From Paraphysomonas bandaiensis (Eukaryota; Protista; Chrysophyceae): 64,000 bases of DNA. A program made the position numbers and the translations under genes. The notes below the pieces were generated by a model, which did not search any database, was not told where the DNA came from, and saw nothing but the letters and a program-made list of their open reading frames with translations. The stretch is from positions 1 to 64,000 of the forward strand of contig CBFFRP010000454.1 of the NCBI GenBank assembly GCA_965644295.1, written 5' to 3'. Of the stretch, positions 37,996 to 51,232 are shown one piece after another; the stretch's first letter is position 1, and each line of letters opens with the position of its first letter.

Positions 37996-38223
37996 ATGTA
38001 TGTATGTATGTATGTATGTATGTATGTATGTATGTATGTATGTATGTATGTATGTATGTATGTATGTATGTATGTATGTATGTATGTATGTATGTATGTA
38101 TGTATGTATGTATGTATGTATGCATGTATGTATGTATGTATGTATGTATGTATGTATGTATGTATGTATGTATGTATGTATGTATGTATGTATGTATGTA
38201 TGTATGTATGTATGTATGTATGT
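37996..38223. repeat. (TATG)n microsatellite in a divergent promoter
   Basis: Lies ~76 bp from each of the flanking divergent ATGs (37919 on minus, 38299 on plus). Confidence 0.99.
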
Positions 38224-38298
38224 ACCTCTGTACAGTGTAGATCTCATTGTGTATGTATATCGCATTGTATCATTTTAAGTAGCTGTCTGATATCAACT

Positions 38299-40910
38299 AT
38301 GAGTACAAGAACTAAACCATCATTAGTCCTTCATGTGGAAGGAAGTCTTATGGATGTAGATGATGAGTCATCTGCCTCAGAGGATGATGTTGCGGTTACC
38401 AACAGTGATAGTGAGGACATCAGAGGGTCTCTAGTAAGAGACATGGAAGAGTTTAATGTCACTGGGGATGATAGTGAGGAGGAGCTGGAGGTGTTTCAAC
38501 ATAAGAAAGAGGCGGTTAGTTCATATGATATATGTGTATGACTGTATATATATATAGATGTGTATGCAGTGTGTATATATATGTGAGTATATATATATGT
38601 ATGTGTGGTATAGGATGAATTGTATTTTGTTATACGTAAGGTGACCATAAAATGTAGGATAGTTCCAAAAGAACAGACACAGAACAAGATAAGGAGCGTG
38701 GTTCTGATAGTGATGAGGTATTCTTCCTTATGATTCTCACGTTTCTCTCAGTTCGTTTGCTGATAGCCTGCAACACCTTCATTGGTCAGTCTGATGGCTG
38801 GCGCAGTTAAGGAGGTGGAGGGTGAGGAGGTAGTACGACTTGTTATCTGGTGGCTGATATTCCATGATATATATATGTAGCAGCCCGTGGAAAGCAGTAC
38901 AAGCAAAGTTCCCATCGGGCTGGTGAATTACTATACTTGGAAACTCTACAACTGTTCACATTGCGTGTACACAGGCTGCAGGCTTCGGTATGGATATGTC
39001 ATCCCTTCCCCAGGAAGCCAGTACCGTTCACACCACTGCACAAAGTACTGAATCGAGTTCGGCCGATGCTTTTGGCATTGCATATCGCCCGTACGGCAAG
39101 CAGAAGCCCGAATATAACCTGCCCTCCGGTCCAGCCTTCGAGGATGAAGCGGAGTTTGAACAAGATCTCCAGCACAGTTCAGTGTTTCGCTCTGCATCTC
39201 TTCCTTCGGCCGAAGCCAGGCGGGAGGACGATGAAGAGGATGAGTTCGACTTTGATGGCGTAGGATGTGCTGAGGGAGCCTCTCCTGTATTCAGTACAAC
39301 TGCTGTTGCTAAGGAACAACCGGTCGAAATTGAGACAAAAGAATCAGTGAAGGACGAAATATCTGCGGAGGAGTCTACAGATTCGCGCCAGGTGCAAGGC
39401 GAACCGCAAGTGTCAGTGCGGGAGGCTGCTCGGGTGGCATTAGCAGAAATAACTGACGTGTATAGCAGTGGTTTGGGGGATCATGATGTGAGTGTAATGC
39501 GTTCTCAAGAGAAAGACGATAAAGAAGTTGTCTTGTCTCCGGAGATGAGCCTTTATGAGACTGTTGTTGCTATGGCGGGACTAGAGGAGATAGATGAGGA
39601 GGAGTTGGAAAGGCAGGAGAGGGAGACTGAAGAGGCTGAAAGAGCTCGGGAGGAGGCGGAACGCAAGAGGCTACAGGATCTACACTCCCAGTGGGAAGCT
39701 GTGGAGAGCGCAGGAGATGTGGGTCGATCGGAGAGCGTGAAAAAAGTTGATCCGGCTGGTATGCGCACCTACGAGACAGTGTCCTACAAAGAGGCCGAAC
39801 GGTACTTTAGGTCTATGGATTTGACTGGATTCCGCCCTCATATAGTACTCGACGAGCCTTCAGAATCCTGGTCGTTGTTTAGGTCAACCACAAAACTGAG
39901 TAAGGCAGCGATTCCTACAGAGGAGCTTGAGTTCCCTTTTCTGGTGGCACAGTTAGATTATTCCCCAGATGAACCAGCTCATTTATCCATGCTCCGTTCG
40001 ATTTATAAGGTGTTGCATTTGGTGTTTATGTGTGCGTAGTAAATTCGGTTTCAGGGGCTTGTGGTTGAAGGAGGAGGAGGGTCAACAATGTGTCCGGTTC
40101 AAGGGGCACACTGGGAAGCTGTCGGGTTTCAAGGTAGCGACCCAAGAACAGACCTCAATAGGTCTATGAAAATGCTCTCTGTTCTGCAGGTACGACATTG
40201 CATGTGGGTCAGTTATATATTATTTCACATGGAATGTGATGACGCATGGTTTGTGCGAACTTGGACACTAGTTTTCGTAATTTACCTTTTGTGTGCTGTA
40301 TACGCAGATGTTACATATGATTCAAACTGAGCGGAGTATGTCACACCGTTTATTCGCCCTGTCCACTGGATCTGGAGCCCTCATGCAGTCTCCGGTGAGT
40401 AATAGTGGTGCCAATGTTGCCGCTCTGGACGACTCCTGGCCAATGATGCTAGTCGCCATCGGAATGACAAAACACGCAATCGATGCCCTCAGATCAGGTC
40501 AACTTACGAAGGAAGTTGTCAAGGCCGGGTCATCTCTGGCGGTTTTGCATGAGTTCCACCACGCTTGTTTTTATTGTCTGTTAAGGTTGATTTCAGATAG
40601 TATATGTGTAAATGTGACTAACAGTGGTTATATCAGGAGCTTAGTCGAACATCCTCAGGTTCACCATGCTGTACATCTGGCAAATATCAAAAAGGAAGTA
40701 AACAGTGAACCGTTGGCAATCCTGAGGGCATTCAGAAACTATAAAATTCCTAAAGAGAAGAAAAATAAATCCTCAGAAAAAGATCAGTACGACAATATCG
40801 AGGAAGATCGCGGTGCTGAATTTGATAGTGGCTCTGATAAAAAGTCTTTTCTGTCTTTTAGTCGTTCAAAAGAGGGTGGTAAAGCGAAGAAGTTTCTTGC
40901 GAGTGGTTGA
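38299..40910 (+). CDS. ELMO/CED-12 domain protein (ELMOD-like) with long acidic N-terminus, multi-exon
   Basis: HLSMLRSIYK...GAHWEAVGFQGSDPRTDLNRSMKMLSVLQ...WPMMLVAIGMT is the ELMO domain signature. Confidence 0.85.
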
Positions 40911-41455
40911 TTATAATAGTGCAATGTAATGATATTGGCTGATATATGAATTAAGAATCTTATCATTTAGATCATCGAAAGTTTGTATTCTATCTTTGGG
41001 ATAGCAGAAGGAGCTCTCTTAATTTCGGGTCAGTAAAAGATTCAGGGTAAAGTACATGCTTGCTAAATATTTTGGAAATATTATTCTACCTAGACAAATT
41101 GGTTTAATTACCTAGTCACACAAACGTTGGTGTAAACACCTAGTCAAAGTAATAAATGAAAAACATAGTCAATATTGGTCAGGTCTTAGATTGTCACGAC
41201 CTTATACAGTCAAAGTGTTTCAGTTTAGCTACTTCACAGTACTTTATGATATATACTGTTCTTATTTTCTCACAAATAAGAAGTAACCTAAATACTGCCT
41301 ACTGACATCGTACCAAGAAACGAAGAGAGAGAAAGAAGGGAAAAAATGGTCTCCTGCTCTCTCTCCTCCTCAACTGCACGTGTAATGATATCAACTATTT
41401 TTTAATCAAGACAAACATGATTCTTAATTTACTCAAGATTACTTTTACTACACAC

Positions 41456-41595
41456 CAGGGCTAGGGAACAACAAACATTGCAGTACTATTGTTAAATAGT
41501 GTCCGAAAAAAACGTTGATGGAGTCATTTAAACCTGCCCATCAATACCATCGCAATATATTGAAATATAGTAGTAGTAATTAAATACATGCGTAA
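41456..41595 (+). mobile_element. TIR-bearing end of a degenerate DNA transposon family also present around 23720-24622
   Basis: Starts CAGGGCTAGGGAACA, the reverse complement of TGTACCCTAGCCCT at ~24609-24622. Shares AATTAAATACATGCG and CAATATATTG motifs with the 23720-23885 region. Confidence 0.5.
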
Positions 41596-41789
41596 ATTTA
41601 CTTTACCAGTGTCTATCCACTCCTGATTGTATAGAAATATAGAAATAAATGAGGTATAATAACACATTTGTATATATACCACATTCACAAAGCATCAGGT
41701 ACTGCAGGATTGTTCGAATATAGACGTCGTTATTGACCTGAACCTCATATTTCCCTCTGCCGTTTTATGAGAGCAACGCACCTATCTGA

Positions 41790-42195
41790 TGAGTGTCTCT
41801 CTACACGGTAGAGCAAGCCACTTACCATACGATTCCTTTGTACCTCTGACAATCAGAAGTTCAGGTAAGTGGCGTAGGAGAGTTGTATCGTGTGGAAGGA
41901 ATTTTAAGGAAGGAGCAGTAACCTATACATCGTTGGAAACCATATCTATCCCAGTGCAGAGCGACTATACCCAAGAATTGTATGGCAATGGTATGGTGAC
42001 CAAGATCTGATCCGTATGGATTGACCCGCTCAATCTCCTGATTAGAACCCGATAGAGAATCTTTGGGCAATCCTAGATCATCGCATGAAAACGAGCTTTA
42101 TCAGCTGCTACTGAAGATATGGAATGAACTCCCAGTTAGCTTATTGTCTGATCTAGTAGATAGCATGCCTTGATGGTGCCAAGCAGTGATAGATT
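41790..42195 (+). mobile_element. Decayed Tc1/mariner transposase fragment
   Basis: From 42016: MD*PAQSPD*NPIENLWAIL, then after a frameshift IWNELPVSLLSDLVDSMP*WCQAVID. This is the WPAQSPDLNPIENLW Tc1 signature interrupted by stops. The left boundary is approximate. Confidence 0.88.
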
Positions 42196-42665
42196 TTTTA
42201 AGTGTTTTTTTATATAGGAAGCCTAAAAATCGAGGTTTTTACACATTAATTAAGAAAATTTTCACCAATTTTTAAACTGAATAGGAATAGCTCATTAGAA
42301 AGCCCGTAATAGCGTAATATCCAGTTTTTACATTTGCTTATTGAAATTCTCGAAAAACCGAAGTGTACTCTTCTGTACTGCTGTATGCTCTTATGATATT
42401 GAAGATGAAGTTACTCGTTCTTTGGTGTAATCAACTTCGACTTTCATTGAAGTACACAGTACAATATCAGGGTAGTGTATAGTATTTAGCTTTCAATGTT
42501 ATGTATCTAGAATATTGAAGATGAAGTTGAATATTATATACTTCTCTTATCTTCAATATGGGGTGATGTGTGTCTGTATGTGTGTCATAATATCGAGATA
42601 TCTCATTAAGATTATCATACCAAGCAATCGATACGCAATTGGCGATCTTCATTAATAAGAACGAT

Positions 42666-43106
42666 ATGTCTCTTCAACCCTTCCATCATGATTTCTTTCA
42701 TCCTTTCCCATGGTCACCTGAGAGAGATTTGGTTGTGTTCAAGGATCACGATCAGGGTAACAAGGCTCTCGCTCCTCTCCTGAGTGTGGATCTCATTGAG
42801 AGCGAGAATGATTATCATGTTCACGCTGATCTACCGGGTGTTCAGGAGAAGGATTTAGACATAAGTGTTGAGGGCAACAGTATGATTATTAAGGGCCATC
42901 GGGAGAGAAATTATGATGTCGAGAACACTACTTCTCACAGAGTGGAGAGGACGTATGGCAGTGTGACGAGAGTCATCAGACTTCCCCCCACGGCAGATAA
43001 GAACAATTCCTCTGCCACCTTTGAGAATGGAGTATTAACAGTGACTTTCCCAAAACTTGAGCCCACTCCTGCGGCCACTAAGATCCCAGTCACTGTTAAG
43101 AAGTAG
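42666..43106 (+). CDS. HSP20: Small heat shock protein (HSP20/alpha-crystallin domain), intronless
   Basis: VDLIESENDYHVHADLPGV...ERTYGSVTRVIRLP...ATFENGVLTVTFPK. Confidence 0.95.
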   Translation: MSLQPFHHDFFHPFPWSPERDLVVFKDHDQGNKALAPLLSVDLIESENDYHVHADLPGVQEKDLDISVEGNSMIIKGHRERNYDVENTTSHRVERTYGSVTRVIRLPPTADKNNSSATFENGVLTVTFPKLEPTPAATKIPVTVKK

Positions 43107-43704
43107 GACGTGTTAGTCTGTGTTTTGTTGCACTGAAACAATTGCCATATTTTTTCATGCTGTATGTTTCGTGCTATGACCATCCGCTGTGATGGCAATA
43201 ATAAAGTAGAGAGTTGTACATCTTATTGAATACACTATGTATCCATAATATAGCGCTATAGTATCCAGCAACCCTTGGAGAGACGTTGATTTTGTAGTTC
43301 GTATACTATATACTATACACTTTAGTTATTCGATGGAAGCCATTTATACACAATACACGCATATGTACCATAGAATAATGCATTATGTCGGTAGAATGAA
43401 ATGCGATTTGTGTTTTGATTTTATACATTAGGGTTAGGAATCCACTCTATTACAGCACACCAAATCTACTCAGTGCCTCTATTGACCAACAAAATTCATT
43501 TACAAATAACTAAATCCGAATGATAATAATAATCAATACACCATACTACCCACAAAGCATAAATTAAATGTGAATAAACTACTTTTTAACTACTCTCACA
43601 CATTCAGTGTGATATCTCTGAAGCCATTTATTTTCGTGCATTTTATATTTCCCTCAGTACACACTGTACGCTATTAGTCAAAGAATAAAGATGGACAGGA
43701 ATAA

Positions 43705-43898
43705 TATCGATAGTTGCTTACATCATCACTCATCAGTGCATTGATTGTTACAGTGATACTCTGATACTAGATATCTACAGCTACGACGTCTAGTAGTTTG
43801 TGGGTTTTATATATTGCTGTAGATATCTAGCATCAGAGTATCACTGCATCAATCAATGCACTGATGAGTGATCATCATGATGTAGTCAACTATCGATA
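43705..43898. repeat. Long inverted repeat (foldback/MITE-like hairpin)
   Basis: Arms 43705-43781 and 43816-43898 are near-perfect reverse complements with a few mismatches and one short indel, around a ~35-nt loop. Weaker pairing extends to ~43674/43929. Confidence 0.9.
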
Positions 43899-44563
43899 CA
43901 ACTTCTCTGCATCCTCATCTTTTGACCAATTCTTGCTTCCAAAGAGGTAATGCTGAGGTATACACAGTATTAAGAGTCATAAATTCACAAAACCATATCG
44001 ATACAATTAAATAGTACTAGAACTGGATATGGGCGCCGAATTCACTTACGTACCAGTAATCGGATGTTCTACAGTCGCGACCTTATACAGTCAGCACATT
44101 TCAGTCGTCTAAATGTCTAAACTATCTCATATAGCCATATAGCCTAACCCTAATCGAATAGATTTCATATAATGCTGTCTTTGACTATTGACTACTGCTC
44201 AATACAACACTCAATACAGCACACATACTCATGTGGCATACCATATACGCTTCAAACATCAAATGAATAGCGTTTAGTGTCCCAATGCTTTCTCAGTGGT
44301 CCCGTAAACCATTATTCACTTTATTTATTATTGGTGCAATTCACAGTACTATTGCTATACCAATGACCTAAAATCTGCGCACCCACACAACAGCAAACCT
44401 ACAACATAGAGCAACGTGGTACCACGAGTTGCGGCTAGTTGCCGAAACTAGAGAAATAATATATGTGCGTAGCACACTCACAGCTTCCAACCGAAATAAA
44501 TCAACCGCGGCTTTCGTAAGAGCATATACGTTGCGCTAACAAACGAACTTTCTTTGATAGTCA

Positions 44564-45906
44564 CTACAGTGTAGCCTCTGACTTAGAGACTTCCTTATAC
44601 TGCGCCATTTCGAGACCCTTACCATCATCGCTTGCATTCATAACCTTGCCCGTACCAATGGTCACATCTTCAAAAGTGGCGTCTTCCTCAGGGTTATCTG
44701 AGAAGAAGAGTCGCACCACAAGGTCATCTCCAAGTCGCACTCTCATCTTACGCTTAATATCCATTTGATCTTTATCAAGATCTGCACTGCTAGTCGCTGG
44801 GTCTCTGCACAACATGGCGTCAATCATAAATTAAAATATTGTAGCTACTGACATGTCTAAGAAAAGAGTATTGTGCCAGATCTCCAATATCTTCTTCTTT
44901 CCCAAAGCTTTCTTCTGATAGAGAAATATTTTGAAATTTCCAGTAACTTCGCAGTCGCATGCCCACTTGTTTTTTTCAGTACCATCGGGCTTTCCCTCGC
45001 CACATTTGAGCTCAGGATCGAAATTAGTTCCTTGAAATATTTTGAAGTTGAGGCCAGTTATCATTGATGCCCATAGGCCAAGCACCTGTACGCCAACGAT
45101 ACGCACCGTGGGCTCCTCAGGCGTCGCAAATCTGGTATCTGTCGGGTCTGTGACAGCTGGGACCTGTCCTATGTCTCCCATAACACCCCAGTACTGGCGC
45201 CACAAGAGCTCGTAAAATATGACATATTTACGTTGACTGGTTACTGTGAGCCCTCGATTGTTGTGCGTTCGCATCTTGTCATAGTAATCCATGGCCTCAA
45301 TAGCACTCTGGCATACTCCAGTTCGTACCAGAAGCACGCAGCACATAAGCCCAGCTCGCCCCTTCCCTGCCTTGCAATGAAGACTGCATACATTGTTTTC
45401 ATCTCGCTCAAGCCAGGCTTTGGCATCATTAGCAAATCCCACAAGAGTCTTCAATGGAGGGGTATTGTGGTCTTTAAATGGGAAGCGACGAACATTACCA
45501 TGAAACACGGCAGGATCATATCCACGTCCAGGTTCACAACAAAAATTATATACCATATAATGATCTTTATGAAATGTATCTAATAAACGTCTGACTTCTA
45601 GACGAGGATTGCGGTATATATGCTCCATACCCGCTGCAGGGAACCCGTGTACAATGATGTTGTTGGTTACATACACTAAATCTAAGTCGAAATCACCCCT
45701 CTGATAGCGACGTTTTTTTTTTGATACAGCTTTTCGACATGGATGGAATAAACAGTTGCATGGTAAGCAACATGCTGTGCAGCAACAGACCTGTGAGTGT
45801 ATGTATGTATGGATGGATGAGTGTGTGTATGTATAGATGAGGAGAGGGTTACCTTATGAAGTTTAGAGTGAAGTGGTCCGTCGTCGATGTCTTCATGAGG
45901 AATCAT
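44564..45906 (-). CDS. PTEN: PTEN-like phosphoinositide phosphatase with C2 domain (3 exons)
   Basis: AVSKKKRRYQRGDFDLDLVYVT, GFPA, YRNP, FKDHNTPP, catalytic HCKAGKGRAG, TVTSQRKYV; C2-type GNFKI..., WHNTLF and LDK. Confidence 0.92.
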
Positions 45907-46106
45907 AGCTGAGCCTCGTATACTAGTTGTATAGGGCTATATGAGGAGTGTTGGTATGATATGATTAACAGACTGACGTCTAGACCCACCAAGCAATACA
46001 TACACACACAGATACACACACACCTAACGACCTCTAAACAACCACTCAACACTATACCGTATACCCACAGTATACCATACCGTATACATACATATACCTA
46101 CTGCTG

Positions 46107-46246
46107 TACATACATACATACATACATACATACATACATACATACATACATACATACATACATACATACATACATACATACATACATACATACATACATA
46201 CATACATACATACATACATACATACATACATACATACATACATACA

Positions 46247-46277
<31 letters not shown>
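46107..46277. repeat. (TACA)n microsatellite in a divergent promoter
   Basis: Between the PTEN ATG (45906, minus) and the USP ATG (~46432, plus). Confidence 0.99.
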
Positions 46278-46280
<3 letters not shown>

Positions 46281-46431
46281 CTCAGCAGTCTGCTGCTCTT
46301 GATGTATGTGGTCTGGTCACTCTAGTGTGTAAGTTTCTCTTGGGGTGGTATGGAATGACAAGCAAGGCATTAATGAACTTATTGAATCTGGAGGAGTTTA
46401 TAACTCACTCCAAAGTGAAACATATCATTCC

Positions 46432-48936
46432 ATGGATAGAAAATACTGCACCTGTGATCATCTAGTCCGTGAGGTCGTTCTACAGGCTGCATCAGTGGCT
46501 AATGAGATCAGAGGGACCGTGCAGTCTATATGTGCAGTGTGTTCCTTCCAATCAGATGCATATCACAGCACAGTTCATTATAAGAACACAGGACATTGCA
46601 TATCTGTACGGAACTCTACCGGATCCTCTGAATTATACTGTTTAGCCTGTAGAGATTATCAATACGACAATTTATTCGATGAATTAACTCAACATAAGCG
46701 AGCGATGATACCAGTCACTCATACTCGAGCTATTGGGATTGTTAATATGGGTAGTACATGTTTTTTAAGTAGTGTACTACAATCTCTTTTAGCGAATCCT
46801 CTCTTAACTCGATATTTTGAAATATCTGAACTGTTTGTGGTGGAATGCCAACTTGTGCATGGTGCAGATGAGACACCCCCTCGATACTGTTTGTTCTGCG
46901 AAATGAAAAAGCTTTATAACCGAGTCAATGTGCATACCAGGTATAATGTTGTGTTTGATACAATTGATTTAAAGTATTCACAGAGGAAATTGTTCGACGC
47001 CTATCATTCCTTGCAACTTACTGTACGCGATATGGAGTTCCTGTCGGCACTTAGCATACTACGAGCAGCAAGACGCACACGAATTGCTACTTGCACTATT
47101 AGATAGTATTAGCTCGCACTTACAGCTATATCACGGCGAGATGAATGTATCTCGTGTTGAGGTAGCGAAAGATGCAAAAGAATCTGACAAACCAGCCCCG
47201 AAAACTGCGGATGACGAAGGAAACATCCCATGTCATAAGTCAGAGCAACCTCAATATTCCTTTCGTGGAATTATCAACGAGGTCAGTAGTCCGATCAAGT
47301 TTTTATTCTAGCGTTATTAGTGTGCCGAACAGGTTTTTAGTGGTGTGCTTCAGTCAGAGTTATGCTGTCACAACTGTGGCTATCGGTATGTCTAGAGCCA
47401 GTGTGTATATCTAACACTAATATTGGAGATAGGAGAAATAGGTTCGAGCCATTCGTAGATATTTCATTAAGTATTCGGAAGCGCGCTGCGACTCTTGATT
47501 CCCCCAGATTTAACATGTACAATATTCCGCCTGTCATGACCCTTTTCTAACGTTAGAACATTCCACACAGGTTCCCAGCAGTATCTCTTCAAGGTTCTGA
47601 AGATCCGGAAATTGCATCTGCAGTGACAACAGCAGCCACGAATATATCTGATTGTGACACAGTCGGAAGTATGGACACGGGATCATTTAACAACTCCCCA
47701 ACCACTGGTGCGGCAGATGGTTGTAGTCCGCACTTTTCTGAAACCCGCCAGCACGAGGGGTCTGTCTACACTTTACATGACTGTTTATCCGCATTCACCT
47801 CATGCGAGCGCATAGATGAGCATGTGGTAAGTAGTTTATCGTCTATGTATATAGTGCAAGTGTGTGACTTTTGCTTTGTAGGACTGTGAAGGCTGCGGGG
47901 TTTCAAGCGGAGCCTCAAAACGACTGACCATGCATACGCCGCCCAACTGTCTCATTATCCACGTGAAGCGTTTCAATGTCGATGCCATCGTGGCGTCGGC
48001 CTCTGGAGGAGTGGAATTCTCTAAGGTCATTTGGGTATCATTACTGCAGGATGTCAATGTAATCTACTGATTGAACAGGTCAATACCATGGTTGATTTTC
48101 CGTTAGAAGGAATGGACATAGCTCCATATATATCGAATGGTATGAGCATTTTTTCAACATCTATCTCAATTTATACACCCCTGTGGGTGCTGTATGCTAT
48201 CAGACGTGCTAACCCGAGTTGATAGCGACGAAATATCTCAGGAATCCACGGAGCAGTACAACTCGTTAAACAAGGCCTCTCCATTGGAGAGTAAAAGCCC
48301 TTGCAATGGGAACAATAGAACCTCATACGACATCAAGCCTGGTAGTAAAAGAACCCTATCAGACCGGAACGGTGATGGTGCAGACGACCTCGACCGTCAT
48401 CACAATACACCTATACCTGAACTTCTCTATGATCTTGATGGACTTGTTTGCCACAAGGGACAGTCTTTGACGCAGGTGTGTACCTCCTCTCATCGTCGAA
48501 ATGATATGAAATGTTGTGTGCAGGGACACTATATATCGTATGTCCGTGAATCGGGGGGGCTCTATAGGAGATGTACTCAAAGTGAAATTACCTCAGAACA
48601 AACACAACCTAAAATGAAACCAAAGAAGGAAAGAAAGAAGAAAAAAGATGCACAGGAGCGAGTTCAGTTGGAATACATGAAATCCCCGACTAGTCGCTGG
48701 CTGAAGTACGCTTACGAGACGTAGTTGCATATTGCTCACAGTCTGTGTTTCAGATGCGATGATGAGAAGATATCTGTGGTAGATGAGGAGGAAGTAGCGG
48801 CAGCGCAGGGGTACATATCGCGCGTTTTAAGTGTTGATAATTCTCAGTGTCTATTGTATACAGGTATATTCTATTTTACGTGAGGAGGGATATATTGGAA
48901 ATATTCAAAAGCACAAACCGAGCTAATATAGTTTAG
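46432..48936 (+). CDS. Ubiquitin-specific protease with N-terminal ZnF-UBP (USP22/Ubp8-like), multi-exon
   Basis: ELYCLACRDYQYD (ZnF-UBP); Cys box GIVNMGSTCFLSSVLQ; YEQQDAHE; PNCLIIHVKRF; His box LVCHKGQSLTQGHYISYV; WLKCDDE; GYILFYVR. The start codon is uncertain. Confidence 0.9.
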
Positions 48937-49494
48937 GGAAAATGTTCATATATTATTTCGTATATAGAAATGAACTTGTTTCAATTGTGCATAAAAATTT
49001 TTGTCGTAATACCTTAACAATATTCGTAATATATTATCTGGTAGTTATAGTTGCGAGTTTTGGGACCAATTTTATATTGTAATAAAACCTAGACTTCGCA
49101 CAGTGTAAGTTATCTCTGTGCTACTTCAACCAGTTGAAGCCCCGTTGATTATTCAACCTAGGCTAATTGGCTGAAATACCATATTGACTATTGGTCATTT
49201 TCACAATTAAGAGTTAGGGGAGGTTTATTGTAATCAAACTAGATATGACTCTTTTATTATATTGCATACACAATTGTGTGTGTAGTGTGTTGTCATGTAA
49301 AACATACAACATCATGATAATTTAATTTGTTCATGATACAATACTCCAGTTCCACAGTTATAGCTATATACTATATAGTATATAGTATCTTTGACTACGT
49401 ATTTCTGATGTTCACATTTATCGTATTCTACAGTACTATCTTAGAGAAAAATACGTATTCCAACTCTCCTACTCAATGTAGAAACTGGTAATCG

Positions 49495-50430
49495 TCAGAA
49501 TATGTCGGCCACCATGTCTTTAGTTGTGACATGTATTAGACTGGCTGTTGGGAACTTACCATTTACGTGTTCCAGTACCCAGTAATACTTTATCTGTATA
49601 TGTTTAGATCGTTTATGATACTCTGGATTTTCCGATAAGTCTTTAGCACTCTTGCTGTCCATGAAGAATGGAGTTGGCTTCCTTAGGATATCCCGAAGCC
49701 AGACCAATTCTTGCATTGCAGCATACTCAGCCATATATTCGGACTCCATGCTGGATGTAGCAACCGCGGTTTGTAATTTCGACTGCCATGCAATAACTCC
49801 AACACATAAGAATACAACATATCCCGTAGTCGAACGTCTTGTGAGTATATCATCTGCCTAGTCCGCATCACTGAACACACGTAAATCGAACTTAGTTCCA
49901 CTGAATTTGATCTCTTTATTCGTCGTTCCTCTCAAGAATTTCAATAATTGAATGGCAAAGGCGAGATCTGGTCTTGTATGAAGTGCGACATACAGGATTG
50001 CTCCAATAATGCTACGGTACGGAAACTTTGAGACCCAGTCCTCCTGTCCTGATGTAAGTTCCCGTTTTGCAGCCAGTAGTTCTTGTGCATTCGATGGCAA
50101 CGGAGTTTCCTTATTCTTTCTACTATTCCCCATGACATATTTAAACTTCTAAATCACCTTCTCTGCATACTTTGAACCAGTCTTCGCCTCTCGTGATTCG
50201 GATATTAAGTAAGCTCTCCCATGTTTACCATTTCAAACATTTGACAGAACTTGTTTTTGACAATGACTAGAAACTCAAGATCCACAGATACGTTTATAAC
50301 ATCATCTGCACACAGAAATAATCACGTGAGTTTGCCATGATGTCAACGATAATATAAGCAAGTATTAATCACACATGGTTTAAACTCCATTGAGATGATG
50401 AACTTATCAATGTGACGATTCCATGTGTGC
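49495..50430 (-). mobile_element. Decayed Ty1/Copia retrotransposon pol fragment (RT/RNase H)
   Basis: FPYRSIIGAILYVALHTRPDLAFA, FSDAD*A, RRSTTGYVV, SSMESEYMA, DSKSAKDLSENPEYHKRSKHIQIKY and DMVADIF, broken by stops and frameshifts. Confidence 0.93.
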
Positions 50431-51232
50431 TTGATGCTTGTCTATATCGTTGACATCATGGCAATAGAAGTCAGATTTTCATTGCAGTAATATTGGAGAT
50501 AGAGGTGACACTTATAAGGAACTTAAGGATGTTCAGATGATGGAGGGATGAGCACTATCGTAAGCATAGTGTGGGTTTGTGTTAAGGTAAGTAAAGTATA
50601 TGTACAGTATGTCTATAAGATATTGTGGAATGAAAACCCCTTTATTTATTGTAGGAAAACCTAAATAACCAGGATTTTCATGCCACAATTTGTCCACAAT
50701 GGTACAATTCGTAGCCGTTAATGAACAGTGCAATCCGTGTATCATCACCTCAGTCATGTATGCTGATGAAGCGAGGGATTGTTATAGTGTTACTTGTTCT
50801 CTTTACTAAAGAGAGGGACAGAAGGGGAAGAAGTTTTGTTGCACTGGTCAGCCAATGGTGAAATTAAGGAGGTGTATGCCAGACAAGAAGGCATAGGAAC
50901 CTGCGTAGGGGAGATTTGCGAGGGATATGTCTAACTCTAAAAAATCCAAGTTTTTTCGCTATACTCTGTTTTTTTTGATGGGTATATTCCATAGGTATTT
51001 GTACAGAAATTGGGTAGATTATACCCAGGAAAATGTATGGTAGTTTCCTGAACTCTTATGCAGGTGTATGATATCCTGATATCCATCCGTATACCAGCAA
51101 ATACCATTCTGTGCATTGAGTACACGCACTTGATACATACACACACACATACACACATACATACAGACATGTCGACCCACCATATCTCTCTCTATATATC
51201 ATCCACAGATATAACCCTCCAGGACATAACTC

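Noticed and set aside
42016-42175. In-frame TGA/TAG at conserved positions suggesting stop-codon reassignment or readthrough
   Set aside because: They occur only in frameshifted TE relics (Tc1, Copia, Crypton). Intact genes use TGG for Trp and all three stop codons normally.
42341-42356. Heat-shock element (GAAATTCTCGAA) upstream of HSP20
   Set aside because: Only two correctly spaced nGAAn units, and it is adjacent to TE-derived sequence. Too weak to call.
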